DNA of 62,951 nucleotides, counting the filler, from Rhabdomonas costata (Eukaryota), in NCBI GenBank assembly GCA_019059605.1. It is 55 parts of 55 records of this genome, joined end to end, with 100 filler letters (N's around TTAATTAATTAA, not from the genome) between each part and the next. Parts side by side here need not be neighbours in the genome. Positions count along the whole stretch, not along the records: positions 12,624 to 13,670 come from JAHMHO010031525.1; positions 13,771 to 14,817 come from JAHMHO010031526.1; positions 14,918 to 15,964 come from JAHMHO010031527.1; positions 16,065 to 17,111 come from JAHMHO010031528.1; positions 17,212 to 18,258 come from JAHMHO010031529.1; positions 18,359 to 19,405 come from JAHMHO010031530.1; positions 19,506 to 20,552 come from JAHMHO010031531.1; positions 20,653 to 21,698 come from JAHMHO010031532.1; 47 more parts are not named here. One strand, given 5' to 3'. Of the stretch, positions 12,705 to 23,992 are shown piece after piece (the stretch's first letter is position 1; each line of letters starts with the position of its first letter). The position numbers and the translations under genes are program-made. The notes under the pieces were generated by a model. That model saw only the letters and a program-made list of their open reading frames with translations. It was not told the origin of the DNA and made no database searches.

Positions 12705-13602
12705 GCGGGCTCCCTCGCTGGGGTGCTGTCCCGGCTGCGGGGCTCCAAGGCTGCGCAGCTTCACGGGCTTTCCGCAGTGGCCCGCCTGGCTCTAGCCGGA
12801 CCCGCGGCCCAGGAGACCCTGACCAGCGCCGCCTCCCACGTGCTCGCCCCTGTGCAGGTTGTTCTCTCTGTTTTTTGTTTGCTATTGCATCTTGCACCCT
12901 TGTGCATGAAGTGCGAAGTGTCATCGTCGTGGGGGCGGGGGGCAGTGTGTCCTCCGTTGGATGTGCTGGTACCCTGTTTGTGCGGTATTGCCCTTGAAGT
13001 ATTTGTCTTAAGTGTGTGTGTATGTAAAAGTACATGCGGTTGGCCGAGTGACACCAAAACTGCAATAATCTTTTTCTTCTATGCTCGAGCTCGGTCTCCC
13101 TCTTAGAAGGTAGTTATGCCTGCATTTGTGTTTGCCAGAACCTGCGCAACTTTCTTCGGAGGATATCAGCGCGCCTCCTAGGCCCAACCCAATTCGCCGC
13201 GCAACGTCCCATCCGTATTTATGTTACTTCCTCACAAACGCAGCAGCAGGATGAATTAGGTCCCCCACACTGCTCGTTAAGGTCACCGAGTGCCTGTTCA
13301 TGTACGGTGGGGACCTGGAGATGGTCCACAGCGCCATCCTTACCCTTCTGGCTCTCTCTTACGGCAACCCCGAGGCGGCGCGCGACGTGTGCTGCACCCC
13401 GCGGTGCCTGAGGGAGCTCTGCACGGCGGTGCTGGTGCTGCACCGCAGTGACTCACCGGACACGGATCCGAAAGAGTCCTCTGTGCAGCAGCACGAGCCC
13501 AAGGAGTCCTCTGTGCAGCGAGCGGTCGGGAAGGAGAGAAAACAGGTGGAGACCCCGGCAAAGGCGGAATCTAGCCATCAGGCAGCTCAGGACGCCGCGG
13601 CG
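12705..13602 (+). CDS. ARM/HEAT-like helical repeat protein, exons 12705-12857 and 13282-13602
   Basis: Phase-0 GT-AG intron; A/L-rich helices (GDLEMVHSAILTLLALSYGNPEAA); strong GTGAGT donor at 13603. Confidence 0.55.
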
Positions 13603-14990
13603 GTGAGTACCTGTTTGTGTGTACGTGTGCGTAGCGCGCAAGGGACTGCGAGTGCGGCGGACACCACACANNNNNNNNNNNNNNNNNNNNNNNNNNNNNN
13701 NNNNNNNNNNNNNNTTAATTAATTAANNNNNNNNNNNNNNNNNNNNNNNNNNNNNNNNNNNNNNNNNNNNGTTGGGGTTTGAAAGATGTCTGTATTTGGC
13801 TGAGGCTCAGCTCCTGGGGGGAGGGGAAGTCTCAAGTCTCACAAGGCCGTGCCTCAGCGAGGAAAACAACGTGGTGATTTGAAACCTGAGAGATGCACAT
13901 GCACCCAAACTGCTTTGACTCAGGAAATCGAAAGAATATGGCCGACGTGCTGGTAGTGGGAAGATTTTAAGAATCAAATGTCTTTGCACACACCTACGTA
14001 AGCGCAGCCTAACACGCGCATTATTTTCTTACTGCAATACGATGAGCTCTCAAAAGGGACAGGGGAGTGCACATCCTGTCCAACCCCTTCTCGCCCCTCT
14101 AAAAGAAAGTAACTTATGGCCCAATGGCTCTTCTGAAAGCATCACTCTCCTGCAGACCACCTGCTCCAAAAGAGGATGCATCTGCCGCGTCTCTTCGTCG
14201 TTCCACTGCCAATATTCCACAGCTGTCTTCAACTCTGTCAAGAAAAAATCGGCATATGTGGTGGCATGTGCGACTAATGAAAAAGCCTGAACAAAAAAAG
14301 GTCCCCGCAGACCAGTAAATGAAACAAGGGGGCCTGTCAAGAGTTTCCCACCATATGGTCACTGCTGACCAAAAAGTAGAGTAATACAGCAGATAGAAGG
14401 CCATGCTATTGCAAACGGCCGCCATGCGGCGTGACTGATGCGCTTCATAAGGAGGAGCGAAAGTCGCAGTCGTCTTATGCCGCCAGTCGAGTTTGATGAA
14501 AAAAAAGGTCAGAGCAGCGTGTTACAACGAAGTAACACGCCTGATAGTTTTCCTCGAAATAAGACGCGGAAGTCAGTCCCGATCCTCAGGCAGCTTGGGC
14601 TGCTGTGGAAGGGACACTCGGTAATCACCAGCGGAACCCCCAAGCAGGGGCTGCAGAATATGTTGCGGGAAAAAATGGAAAGCACCCAAAACAGAACCAC
14701 ATATATGCAAATGCAATGGATCCCTTCGACGTAAAGTTTTCCTTCCCGGTGTCAACTAACGGCATAAATAGTACGAGTTGAATAAAACAAGCATTCCAAA
14801 TTTCCACCCCCACCAACNNNNNNNNNNNNNNNNNNNNNNNNNNNNNNNNNNNNNNNNNNNNTTAATTAATTAANNNNNNNNNNNNNNNNNNNNNNNNNNN
14901 NNNNNNNNNNNNNNNNNTGTGGGTTGGATCACACCCGAGTGGCGAAAACACACATCGCCTAATGGGGGCCCGAGGGCGAGTGGAAAGCAC

Positions 14991-15649
14991 CAGTGGCTCA
15001 GGCAGGTCCCTGGGGAAGGCGTAATCCGCGGCCTTGATGGCTTCGAAAAGGTCTCGGAGGTTCTCGCGGTCAAAGGGAAGGCTCCCCGTGACCAGCGCGA
15101 AGAGGATCACCCCCATGCTCCACAGGTCGGCGTGCACCCCGTGGTAGACCTCGCCGCGGACAATCTCGGGGCAGGCCTGGGGACCAGTCCCCCACATGAG
15201 CAGATAGGTTCGGGGAGAAGGGAATGGGCGACCAAACACGCCCACACGATGATACTCGGTTTGTCCTGACATTCGTGAATGAACTACTAGAGAGTCGAAA
15301 CAGGTAGTTCTCCCGAGAACGACTCATTCCAACCCGGCATTTTGGCAGAATGTCAGGTACGCTGACAAACAGCGCGAAGGTCAACGCAAGCAAGGGTGAG
15401 CGAGGAATCTTCGAGCACCGCAGTGGAGAGCTGCAGACCCATATGTACAATCCCAGCCAGTAGTGCACGGTTTTCCCCCGCCTTGGTCCGCACTATACTC
15501 GAGAATTAATGGTCCTTTAGCAACTGCCCCAGATCTCTGCGCAGAACGTGAGTGGATTCGGGGCAGAGGGAAAAATACGTAATGCGGGGAGCCACAAGAG
15601 GTCCTCAGCAGCCCATTGGCAGGCATGACCTCCGCCATTCCGAAGTCCG
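14991..15649 (-). CDS. CAMKL (SNF1/AMPK/BRSK-like) Ser/Thr kinase, exons 15649-15579 and 15176-14991
   Basis: DFG...TSCGSPHY|ACPE...ADLWSMGVILFALVTGSLPFD; canonical GT-AG boundaries. Confidence 0.93.
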
Positions 15650-16064
15650 CTGCCAAAAAAAACGTACACACAGTGCAAAACATACACACATCCGACAAAG
15701 TTGGGCACACCCATCCTTAGCTTTACCCAAATTTACCTCTCCTCTGACCCATCTGAATCTTTCACCACGATTTGCAAACTCTCTCTGACTCTTCACTCAT
15801 AGCTCTTGGTCATGGTCATAAGGAAAGCTGCGCCATGTGGCGAGGTAACATGCTTCACGCACTGTCGCCGCTACATTGCGTGCCTACAAGATGTGACGCC
15901 CGCCAGACAGAGCTCGCGGTGAAGAGGGGGCAGCGCTCACCGATCTTAACAGTCTGCTGTCTGTNNNNNNNNNNNNNNNNNNNNNNNNNNNNNNNNNNNN
16001 NNNNNNNNTTAATTAATTAANNNNNNNNNNNNNNNNNNNNNNNNNNNNNNNNNNNNNNNNNNNN

Positions 16065-16615
16065 GGGGGGTGGTGGCAGGAAGGGGCAGCTGCCTCCACT
16101 TGGTCTCCCAGCACTGCGAAGGCAATGAAGCCCGAGGCGTACTGCAGCGCAAGCCGCCGCCTGGACACAACCTCCGCGCTGTCCAATGCGCAGTTCAGCA
16201 GCCTCCGCATCACCACACTCGAGAGTTCAGAGCACTGTGTCAAACCCAACCCCGGAGAGTGTGGCAGAGTGGGCCAAGGCAAGTCGGTCATATCCATTAG
16301 AGGGTTGATCTTCTTTCATAACAGGCACTGGTGACGACGAAGATGCCCTTGGCTCGGAAGATACTCTGCGCCCGCTTAACAAAAAAGCGAAATGCCCTAC
16401 CTGCTTGCAGATCGCCGTGAGCAGGTAGGGCAGGCGGGGGGCCACGGGAGTGGGCTCCAGGTGCCTGCAGTGGACGTCCAGGACAGCTTGCAGGACTATG
16501 CCCCATTGCATCGAGCCCTGGCTCACCTGCTCCCTGTAATTGGTACAGCGTCCGACCAAGTGCATGCTGTGGGCCCAGCAGCTCCATCCGGGAGCTGTGT
16601 CAGCACCGGTTTCTT
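16065..16615 (-). CDS. Divergent RRN3/TIF-IA-like Pol I initiation factor, exons ~16615-16401 and 16234->16065
   Basis: LEPTPVAPRLPYLLTAICKQ|CSELSSVVMRRLLNCALD...RRLALQYASGFIAFA aligns by eye with the RRN3 LPTH..+Q+++..+C...R.AA..Y+.SF+ARA block; upstream exon start uncertain. Confidence 0.55.
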
Positions 16616-18546
16616 GCATTCTCGCGCAAAAAATAAGTAACGCCCTCAACCTGAAAGTCCCTTCGCCCCACGATCCCGCCCAGTCGCCCGCACCGACCGC
16701 GCAGGGGACTGGTCTTCGCCACTAATGGTGCCCCGCAATCCAAAAATACTCAATAGGGGGACAATGACACCCTTTACCTAACCACCTTACACAAAAAACA
16801 TTTCGAGGGCGCTGACATCCATCCGTTAAATAACCCTTTTCAAGTGAAAGTTAAGCGGAGGAGAGTGTAAGGTTCTGTTTTGGATGGTAACCATTACCGC
16901 CCCCCATCCCCAATGTCAATGGGGCCCCAGGCACCAAGGTGTCTGATATCTTTGTACTCCCTGCCCCATTCTTCACTGGCCAAAAGGCGATTAAAGGAGA
17001 CGGGCAAGGGCCGTTCAGGGGCGTCCTCCGAACCTGCACAGGGTCATAAACTCACACATCAACTCGTCCACGAAGTTCTCCATGTCAGCCTCATTGGACA
17101 CCCACAACACANNNNNNNNNNNNNNNNNNNNNNNNNNNNNNNNNNNNNNNNNNNNTTAATTAATTAANNNNNNNNNNNNNNNNNNNNNNNNNNNNNNNNN
17201 NNNNNNNNNNNGTTTGTTTACTGTCCTCAGCGCCTGGACAATTGGAGGGAGAGGATTATTGAGATGAAAGACGTCAATGATTGTATTGACTGCGCATGGC
17301 GTGCTGTCGCAAAGGAATCCATCTCGGAGGTAAGGGTGCCGTTAATATATCGTGGTGTATTGCTCCCTTCCCTCTATTCCCGTGAAGCAGTGACATACGG
17401 GTCATTTTCCTATTGCCAGGACTGTGGCCCGGGGTTACCATGAAACTCATAGGTGGCCAGTTCTCTGAGAATGAGTCTGTGGTGTGCATGGCTTACGGTG
17501 ACAGTTTGTCAGCTATCATAGGGCTTCGCACAAACTGTTGTACTCGCTCATTTTATGCATTTCTGTGTATTCCGTAGCGATTCTGTGGTATTCTGCTGGA
17601 CTGTTAGAGAGGAGGATGTCTGCGCAGGCGGGCCCTGGGTACATCATACTGCCTCCAGCTGAGGGGCGAAAGCGGGTCTGTTGTTTCTCTCCCTCCCCGC
17701 TCTCTCTCCCTCTCTCTTGCTCTCGCACATAACCCCCCGCCTCAACCCCAGCCCAGTGCATCCATCATCCTGTAACCCTGCACCTCGCACATCCAGAGCC
17801 CGACCCATCCTCCGATTCCACATTCGAAGCATCCCAAAAAAAAAGTCAACCTTCACCCCACAGTCCCAAACAACCCGACGAAGAGCGTCCTGGTGCTTTG
17901 CTGATGATGACCCAACCACCCCGCCAGGGGCTTGGCGAAACGCCAGTCACTCCAGTAAGACATCAGATCATCCAGCTGCTCAACCAAGAGTTGACCCCTT
18001 TCACCTCACACAATCTTCTCTTTCGTTCGTCCGTCCGTCCGTTCTCTAGCTCGTTTCTAATCTTGTCTGATTTTCATGCGTGCTCTCGCGATCGAGAGGG
18101 GGGGGGGTAACGATATGGAGCGATTACGTTTTATTCCCCTTTTCTGTAGGGGTTCAATTTTTTAGGCCGCTCAGGCCACGTCCCCCCCGTCTCAGTTACT
18201 CACCCATCCGCCTATGCCCGACAACAGACCAGTCCTCACCAAATCTTGCACACAAACANNNNNNNNNNNNNNNNNNNNNNNNNNNNNNNNNNNNNNNNNN
18301 NNTTAATTAATTAANNNNNNNNNNNNNNNNNNNNNNNNNNNNNNNNNNNNNNNNNNNNGGTTGGGGGGGGTGGAAGCAGCATGTGAAAAGAGCACGGGCA
18401 TACATGCTTGACCCCACGCACATGTATGAGACAACGACTGGCGCATGCGCTTCGTCTCAGTCACGTCGCTGCGTCGTATGAAGGAAGACCAACTTTGGTC
18501 GTTTGTGTGGTTGGGGGCGAGCGGTATGGGGTGGACGGACACAGAC

Positions 18547-18724
18547 CAGATGTACGATGAAGTCCACCTCAGAGCCGATCTCGTACCGCACACCAGTGCT
18601 CAGGGGCTCCGTGAGGTCCACGCAGTAGCACCGCACCCCACTGGCCATCACCCCGGTGTCTCGAAGTCGCTCCAACCCTTGGCTGGCATAGCTTAGCTTG
18701 TCCAGCACTACTACTCTGTGGGTG
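18547..18724 (-). CDS. dTDP-glucose 4,6-dehydratase-like NAD-dependent epimerase/dehydratase, exon
   Basis: VVVLDKLSYAS...VDL...VDFIVHL (RfbB/RmlB-like LDKL.YA motif); TAG acceptor and GT donor. Confidence 0.8.
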
Positions 18725-19687
18725 CTACGAAGATTCACTGAGGCAGAGCAACGAAAGACAACAAGCGTTAACGAACCAAACCAAGACACTCAGAAGTGCT
18801 CCCTTCTGTTGTCACTTGCATTCGCCATGAAGTATATTTGTAATCGCTTCTCAGACCAGGAGTTCCGACTCAGCATGTGGTGGCAAACATTCGCAGCCAA
18901 TCTCCGCAGTTATGAAAAGAAACAGTCCATTCAGTTCAACAGCTTCCAACGAAATGACGCTACCGTTATGATTTCTCCCAGAGTGCAGGTTGGTGACTCA
19001 AAACGTTGAGCATCTTGGGTGCCCTGAAGACCCAAAGCCGAAAATTAGTTGGATGGGAAAAGCAAAAGAAGCCAAGAAGAAGCCAACGGCTGCGTGCAGA
19101 ACTGGACGCACAAGGACTGAAGGGGAAGAGATCACGTTGCACCTACGAAGTGCTCCACCACGTGGTGCCCCAGGAACCCACAACCCCCAGTGACGACGAC
19201 CCGAGGAAGGCCTGAATCGCGAGGGGCGCCATGGGCAAGCTCTTCCACCATGGCTCCAAACCACACTGTTCACAGTTCTTTATAAGAAGCAAAGCAGGGA
19301 GATGCAATACACACAAATAATGCAGGAACGAAACCTACTGAGAACAGAAAAAAATGAAAGTGAACATAAAAGTGTATATTTCACCCCCCCCAACCACACC
19401 CACACNNNNNNNNNNNNNNNNNNNNNNNNNNNNNNNNNNNNNNNNNNNNTTAATTAATTAANNNNNNNNNNNNNNNNNNNNNNNNNNNNNNNNNNNNNNN
19501 NNNNNGTTGGTGGGTCTTCACAAAGAGCACTTACACCTCGGCACACGCAGACTTCGATCGATCGATCGATCGATCGATAATACCTGTGGCCTCTGCAAGC
19601 GGACATACCTATTGGCCTCCTGCAATTGTTTGCGGGGCAAATCAATGCTCCAGCATGCCATTCCAGCGCTTTCTGCTGTACTCATAG

Positions 19688-20228
19688 CACAAGCGCCTGT
19701 TTGAGCTGATCGAGAGCCTGCGAGTGTGCTACGTGCAGAAGAAGCCCGACACGTACGTGCTGCGGGCCCTGAAGGGGATGGTGGCGTACTGCGCGGAGCA
19801 CTTCGAGTCCGAGGAGCTGGTGTCGGCCTTTTTTGGATTGCATTTTCTTTTTTTCTCTGACTGCGTGTTCCGAAAAACGCATCCAGGAGTTGGGTCGGCT
19901 TTCCCGCCGCACTTTCAAGGGTCACGATCATAATGCAACGGGAACTTTTACAAGCCATCCGCATTCCTTTTACGGTGGTAGTGAGAAAATGTCCAGAAGT
20001 GTAACTTCAAACTTTGCAATGCAATATCTTTATTTGGAGATCCTTTTTACATTGCTTTTTTTCTCGTTTCTCGGCAATCTGTCGCAGTTTCTGCAGATGA
20101 TCGGGTACCCCTTGTTCAGCTCCCACATTTTGAAGCACCGCAGGTTCACCGCCCAGACGCAAGCCTGGGTGGCAGACTTCGAAGCGGGCACCTTGGACCT
20201 GGGCGGGATGCTGAAGACTGTCACCGAC
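19688..20228 (+). CDS. Hemerythrin-domain protein, exons 19688-19819 and 20088-20228
   Basis: HKRLFELI...Y...HFESEE|..IGYP....H...H..F gives the H, HxxxE and HxxxH di-iron ligands; phase-0 GT-AG introns. Confidence 0.88.
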
Positions 20229-21646
20229 GTATGCCCACCTGCCTCTGTTTTGCTAGAATTCCACAATAGCTTTTCTTTTGTCTTCACAGAATGCAGTCCG
20301 AGGAGGACAGACTGAGGTGCAACTTCTTCGTTTCGCAACTGCAGAATCTGCAAAGGGGGTTGTGAGTCCAGGTTTATTTCTTGATTTGTGAGTTTCCATG
20401 CCTTACGGCTACCGCGTGGGATCGTATTTTTTATGAAGCATGTGTGTTTGCATGCCCCACGGCTGTGGCGTGGGATCTCAGTGGTTGATCTCTCATGTGA
20501 TGTCCGCGGATGTCGCGTTTGCGGAGTTTTGCCGCAAGACGCACGTGGATGTNNNNNNNNNNNNNNNNNNNNNNNNNNNNNNNNNNNNNNNNNNNNTTAA
20601 TTAATTAANNNNNNNNNNNNNNNNNNNNNNNNNNNNNNNNNNNNNNNNNNNNGTGGTGTTGTGGGCGCTTTCATTCTCTCCCGGTCTTTCCCTCTTCAAA
20701 CCTCTCCTCGTTGCAGGCTGCGGTGGTGAGGTGCTGGGAGCACGATGTTAGAACTTTAGGACAGTGAGCAAAGAAAACCGAACTACATTTCTTTCCATGT
20801 GACATTTCTGCTGGACAAGCTTTGCTGTTGTTCTGTTTTTTCTTGGGTGGTGCGAAAGCAGTCCAAAAAAAGGAAACCTGTCTCTCATGTCTCCATCTCA
20901 AACAATCTCTTCACATACCTTTTCTCACACCTATCACCACATTGCCTTTTGGCTTGTGCGGAACTGCGATAGATACTGTCGTTTAAGTTGATCATTCAGA
21001 GAATGCTCCTTCCATCCGGTTACACAGCAGAGCTCACATACCGTCGTAGCACTTCTGCACAAAAAAGGTGGCGTAGCCCAGGTAATAAACTCGCAGTGCC
21101 CAGCGTAAGCAATTGGCAGACGACCCGCACCTTCCCGCACAGTCGCACGCAGTGGCGTCGATGTACTTGTTGCTCGAAGCTCGAGGGTACACACCCAGAG
21201 TGCCATAGGTGTTAATAGAGCCTATGGTAAAGGTTACAAGCACTCATGCGAGAAAACTGAGTGTCTACGTGTTACAGAAATTTAGCCAGAACAGCTGAGA
21301 TGCAAGGAATGGAAACACATTGGAAAACGTTTGGAAAACGTTTTCCTGGATATGGCAAGCTATAGCCAGACCTGTTTCAGCTGCCCACTGCTCCACCCCG
21401 CACCGGTAAAACGTCTGCGCGTTTGACGGTGCAAAGCGCAGGAGAAGAACAAAAATGAGGATCAAGCATTCGCACGAAGACATCAAATTTGTCCAAAGCA
21501 GGCGAAACAGTAAAGGGCTGGTAAAAATGCAAGAAGATAGTGGTCACAGGCCATGCCCGTTTCCCTCCTAAAACGGTCGTTCTCAAGAAAAAAAAACAGG
21601 AACGCCATCACAATTTCTTATTTGGGCGTTTTCTTGGATGGGGGCT

Positions 21647-21677
<31 letters not shown>

Positions 21678-22170
21678 TTCAAGCTCGCATGGGTCGTGNN
21701 NNNNNNNNNNNNNNNNNNNNNNNNNNNNNNNNNNNNNNNNNNTTAATTAATTAANNNNNNNNNNNNNNNNNNNNNNNNNNNNNNNNNNNNNNNNNNNNTG
21801 TGGTGAATGCTTCGGTTTAGAGCCACGCTGGAGGCTATTTAAGGGCCGTTTTTTTGTTGTTTTTGGGGCCCTTTTTGCCTTTACACAGGCTTGTAAGGAC
21901 ATTTTGTTTTGGCTCTGGTTTTACATCGGGCTTGGGCTTTGACAAAAGAACTGTAGAGTGGCACACCGTCCGCCCACGCCGATGTGCCAGCAACGATTTT
22001 TCTCCTTGCTCTAGCTTTTTCTTTCTCCGTTCCCCTGCCGAGCAAAAGAACAGCACAGGTACAAGACCCCTAGTGAAGGGGTTTGTTAAAAGAGATGACC
22101 GTTCCCATTTCTTTCGCTGTTGCGGTTGAATGGAGCCTTCGTTTTAGGATGAGTGGGGGGATGACCTCAG

Positions 22171-22458
22171 GGTGAAGCGACGTGCGTGTTGTGCATTGTC
22201 CTGTCCTTCTGGGCGGCCTTCGTGATCCTGGGAGTGGGGGCGCTGCTGTTGGACCTCGGAGTGGTGCTGCCGCTGTCGAAGTTCAACGTCAGGCAGCCTT
22301 GGGTCTGTCTCACTTTTGCTCGCGAGCCTATAACGCCGGAGTGTTTCGCGCACAGCGAATATGCGTTTGAAATGCAGTGGGTAGATCACTGCATACAGTC
22401 TCATCTTGCGGCGCACAACCCAACCGACACCTTCCTTTGGACGACAAGCCTTGCTTGA
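22171..22458 (+). CDS. Putative membrane protein, terminal exon
   Basis: CAG acceptor at 22170; hydrophobic CIVLSFWAAFVILGVGALLLDLGVVL; TGA stop. Confidence 0.4.
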   Translation, partial: GEATCVLCIVLSFWAAFVILGVGALLLDLGVVLPLSKFNVRQPWVCLTFAREPITPECFAHSEYAFEMQWVDHCIQSHLAAHNPTDTFLWTTSLA

Positions 22459-22945
22459 CCTCTAGCAGGCGTTTGACGCCCCTTCTCCTCCGAATTGCTG
22501 CTCACCTGTCCCGTCGCTCTCGGGCAAAGAGCCTGTATCTGCAGGGGCGGGGGGAGGAAGGCTAAGTTCGTTAGATTCACTACTACTCTCGTCCAACATC
22601 TATACATCTGATGTCGTTGTTGTGCTGTCCTGTTATTTTCTCGCACCTAGCCCTGAGCGCTCAGCCCTGTCGTGTCACCCTGGTTAGTAGCATAACGATG
22701 ATGTGATGCTTCACAGAATGCATGTGGAGTTGCTAAGACGCCTCATGGTTTGGGCCGGAACTTCGTTCAATCTACAGCGCCCACCTGCCGCACGGAAACA
22801 ACGTGGTCTTTTGTCGCTTCGCCCAAGATCCCGGTCCCCAAAACANNNNNNNNNNNNNNNNNNNNNNNNNNNNNNNNNNNNNNNNNNNNTTAATTAATTA
22901 ANNNNNNNNNNNNNNNNNNNNNNNNNNNNNNNNNNNNNNNNNNNN

Positions 22946-23094
22946 CCGTGAAGTCGCGGTAGTACGGGGTGATGATGCCCTCCCAGTCGGGCTGCACCCC
23001 GGGGGTGACAATGGAGACCAGAGTCTGCTCGTAGGCCAAGAACAGCGCCAGGAGGGCGATCAGGCCCCCAGCGGCGGAGCCACGGGTAAGGGGC
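22946..23094 (-). CDS. Unknown membrane protein exon (runs off the contig)
   Basis: TTCCAG acceptor; GC3-rich; GGLIALLALFLAYEQTLVSIVTPG hydrophobic segment. Confidence 0.45.
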
Positions 23095-23232
23095 TGGAAG
23101 TTCACCCTTTTGGAGCAACCCCATATATGGTTATGATGCGAAACGCAGCACTGGAACCATTTCGTGGAGAACATGGAGTGCATGGGAAATGTGATCGAAA
23201 TTCTTCAGCGAGAAAATAAGACGTCTGTGCAA

Positions 23233-23992
23233 GGTTGTAAGAAGTGAACTGCAGACACCAACGTCGCGACAAGGGTGATGAGAAGAATCGGAACAGTCAG
23301 AATACTAATTGCCGCGGTTGTAGCCTGCAGAGAGTTTTCTTCCGTTTTCCTTTCCCCTTCCTTGCTTTGGGGTGAGTAACGTGCAGGCTCCTGGCCCATT
23401 AAACCTGACATCAAAACTCCTTGTGCTGTTGTGGACATATCATGTGACGTTGAACTTGAGGAAGGTGATATGTCCACAACGGCACAAGGAGTTTTGATGT
23501 CAGGTTTAGAGGCGAGGAAGCCTGTCAGGGATCCCGGCGCCATGGTCGAGCTGGTGCTAACGTTCTATTACTTCTGGTAATGCCTCCCTTGTGAGTGTTT
23601 TGGGCTTTGATCTGGGGGTCCCTAGGATCGAACTGTGATAGCAGAGTCTGTGCATACTGTAGGTACGGAATTGCTTAGGTCGTGTTGTTTTGAACCCGGT
23701 TTCTATGATGTTCGTTTCCACCATTCCCTCCTGCCCCCAACCCTGGTAGTGACTTCACCTTCCTCAAGTTCAACGTCACATGATATGTCCACAAAAACAC
23801 AAGGAGTTTCTGATGTCAGGTTTAATGGGCCTGGAGCCTGCACATTACTCACCCCAAAGCAAGGAAGGGGAAAGGAAAGCGGAAGAAAACTCTCTGCAGG
23901 CTACAACCGCGGCAATTAGTATTCCGACTGTTCCGATTCTTCTCATCACCCTTGTCGCGACGGTGGTGTCTGCAGTTCACTTCTTACAACCC
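23233..23992. repeat. Diverged long inverted repeat (arms 23233-23468 and 23755-23992) with nested hairpin 23400-23508
   Basis: Arms of about 237 bp are reverse complements with roughly 8 differences; the nested IR of about 43 bp has 1 mismatch. Confidence 0.85.

Noticed and set aside
21258-21268. CTGAGTGTCTA, a partial match to the Euglena spliced leader
   Set aside because: Only 11 nt, with no T-run/GT donor or SL RNA context; compatible with chance.
20700-21420. Several small Cys-containing candidate exons on the minus strand (ShK-like spacing)
   Set aside because: No phase-consistent, stop-free model could be built.
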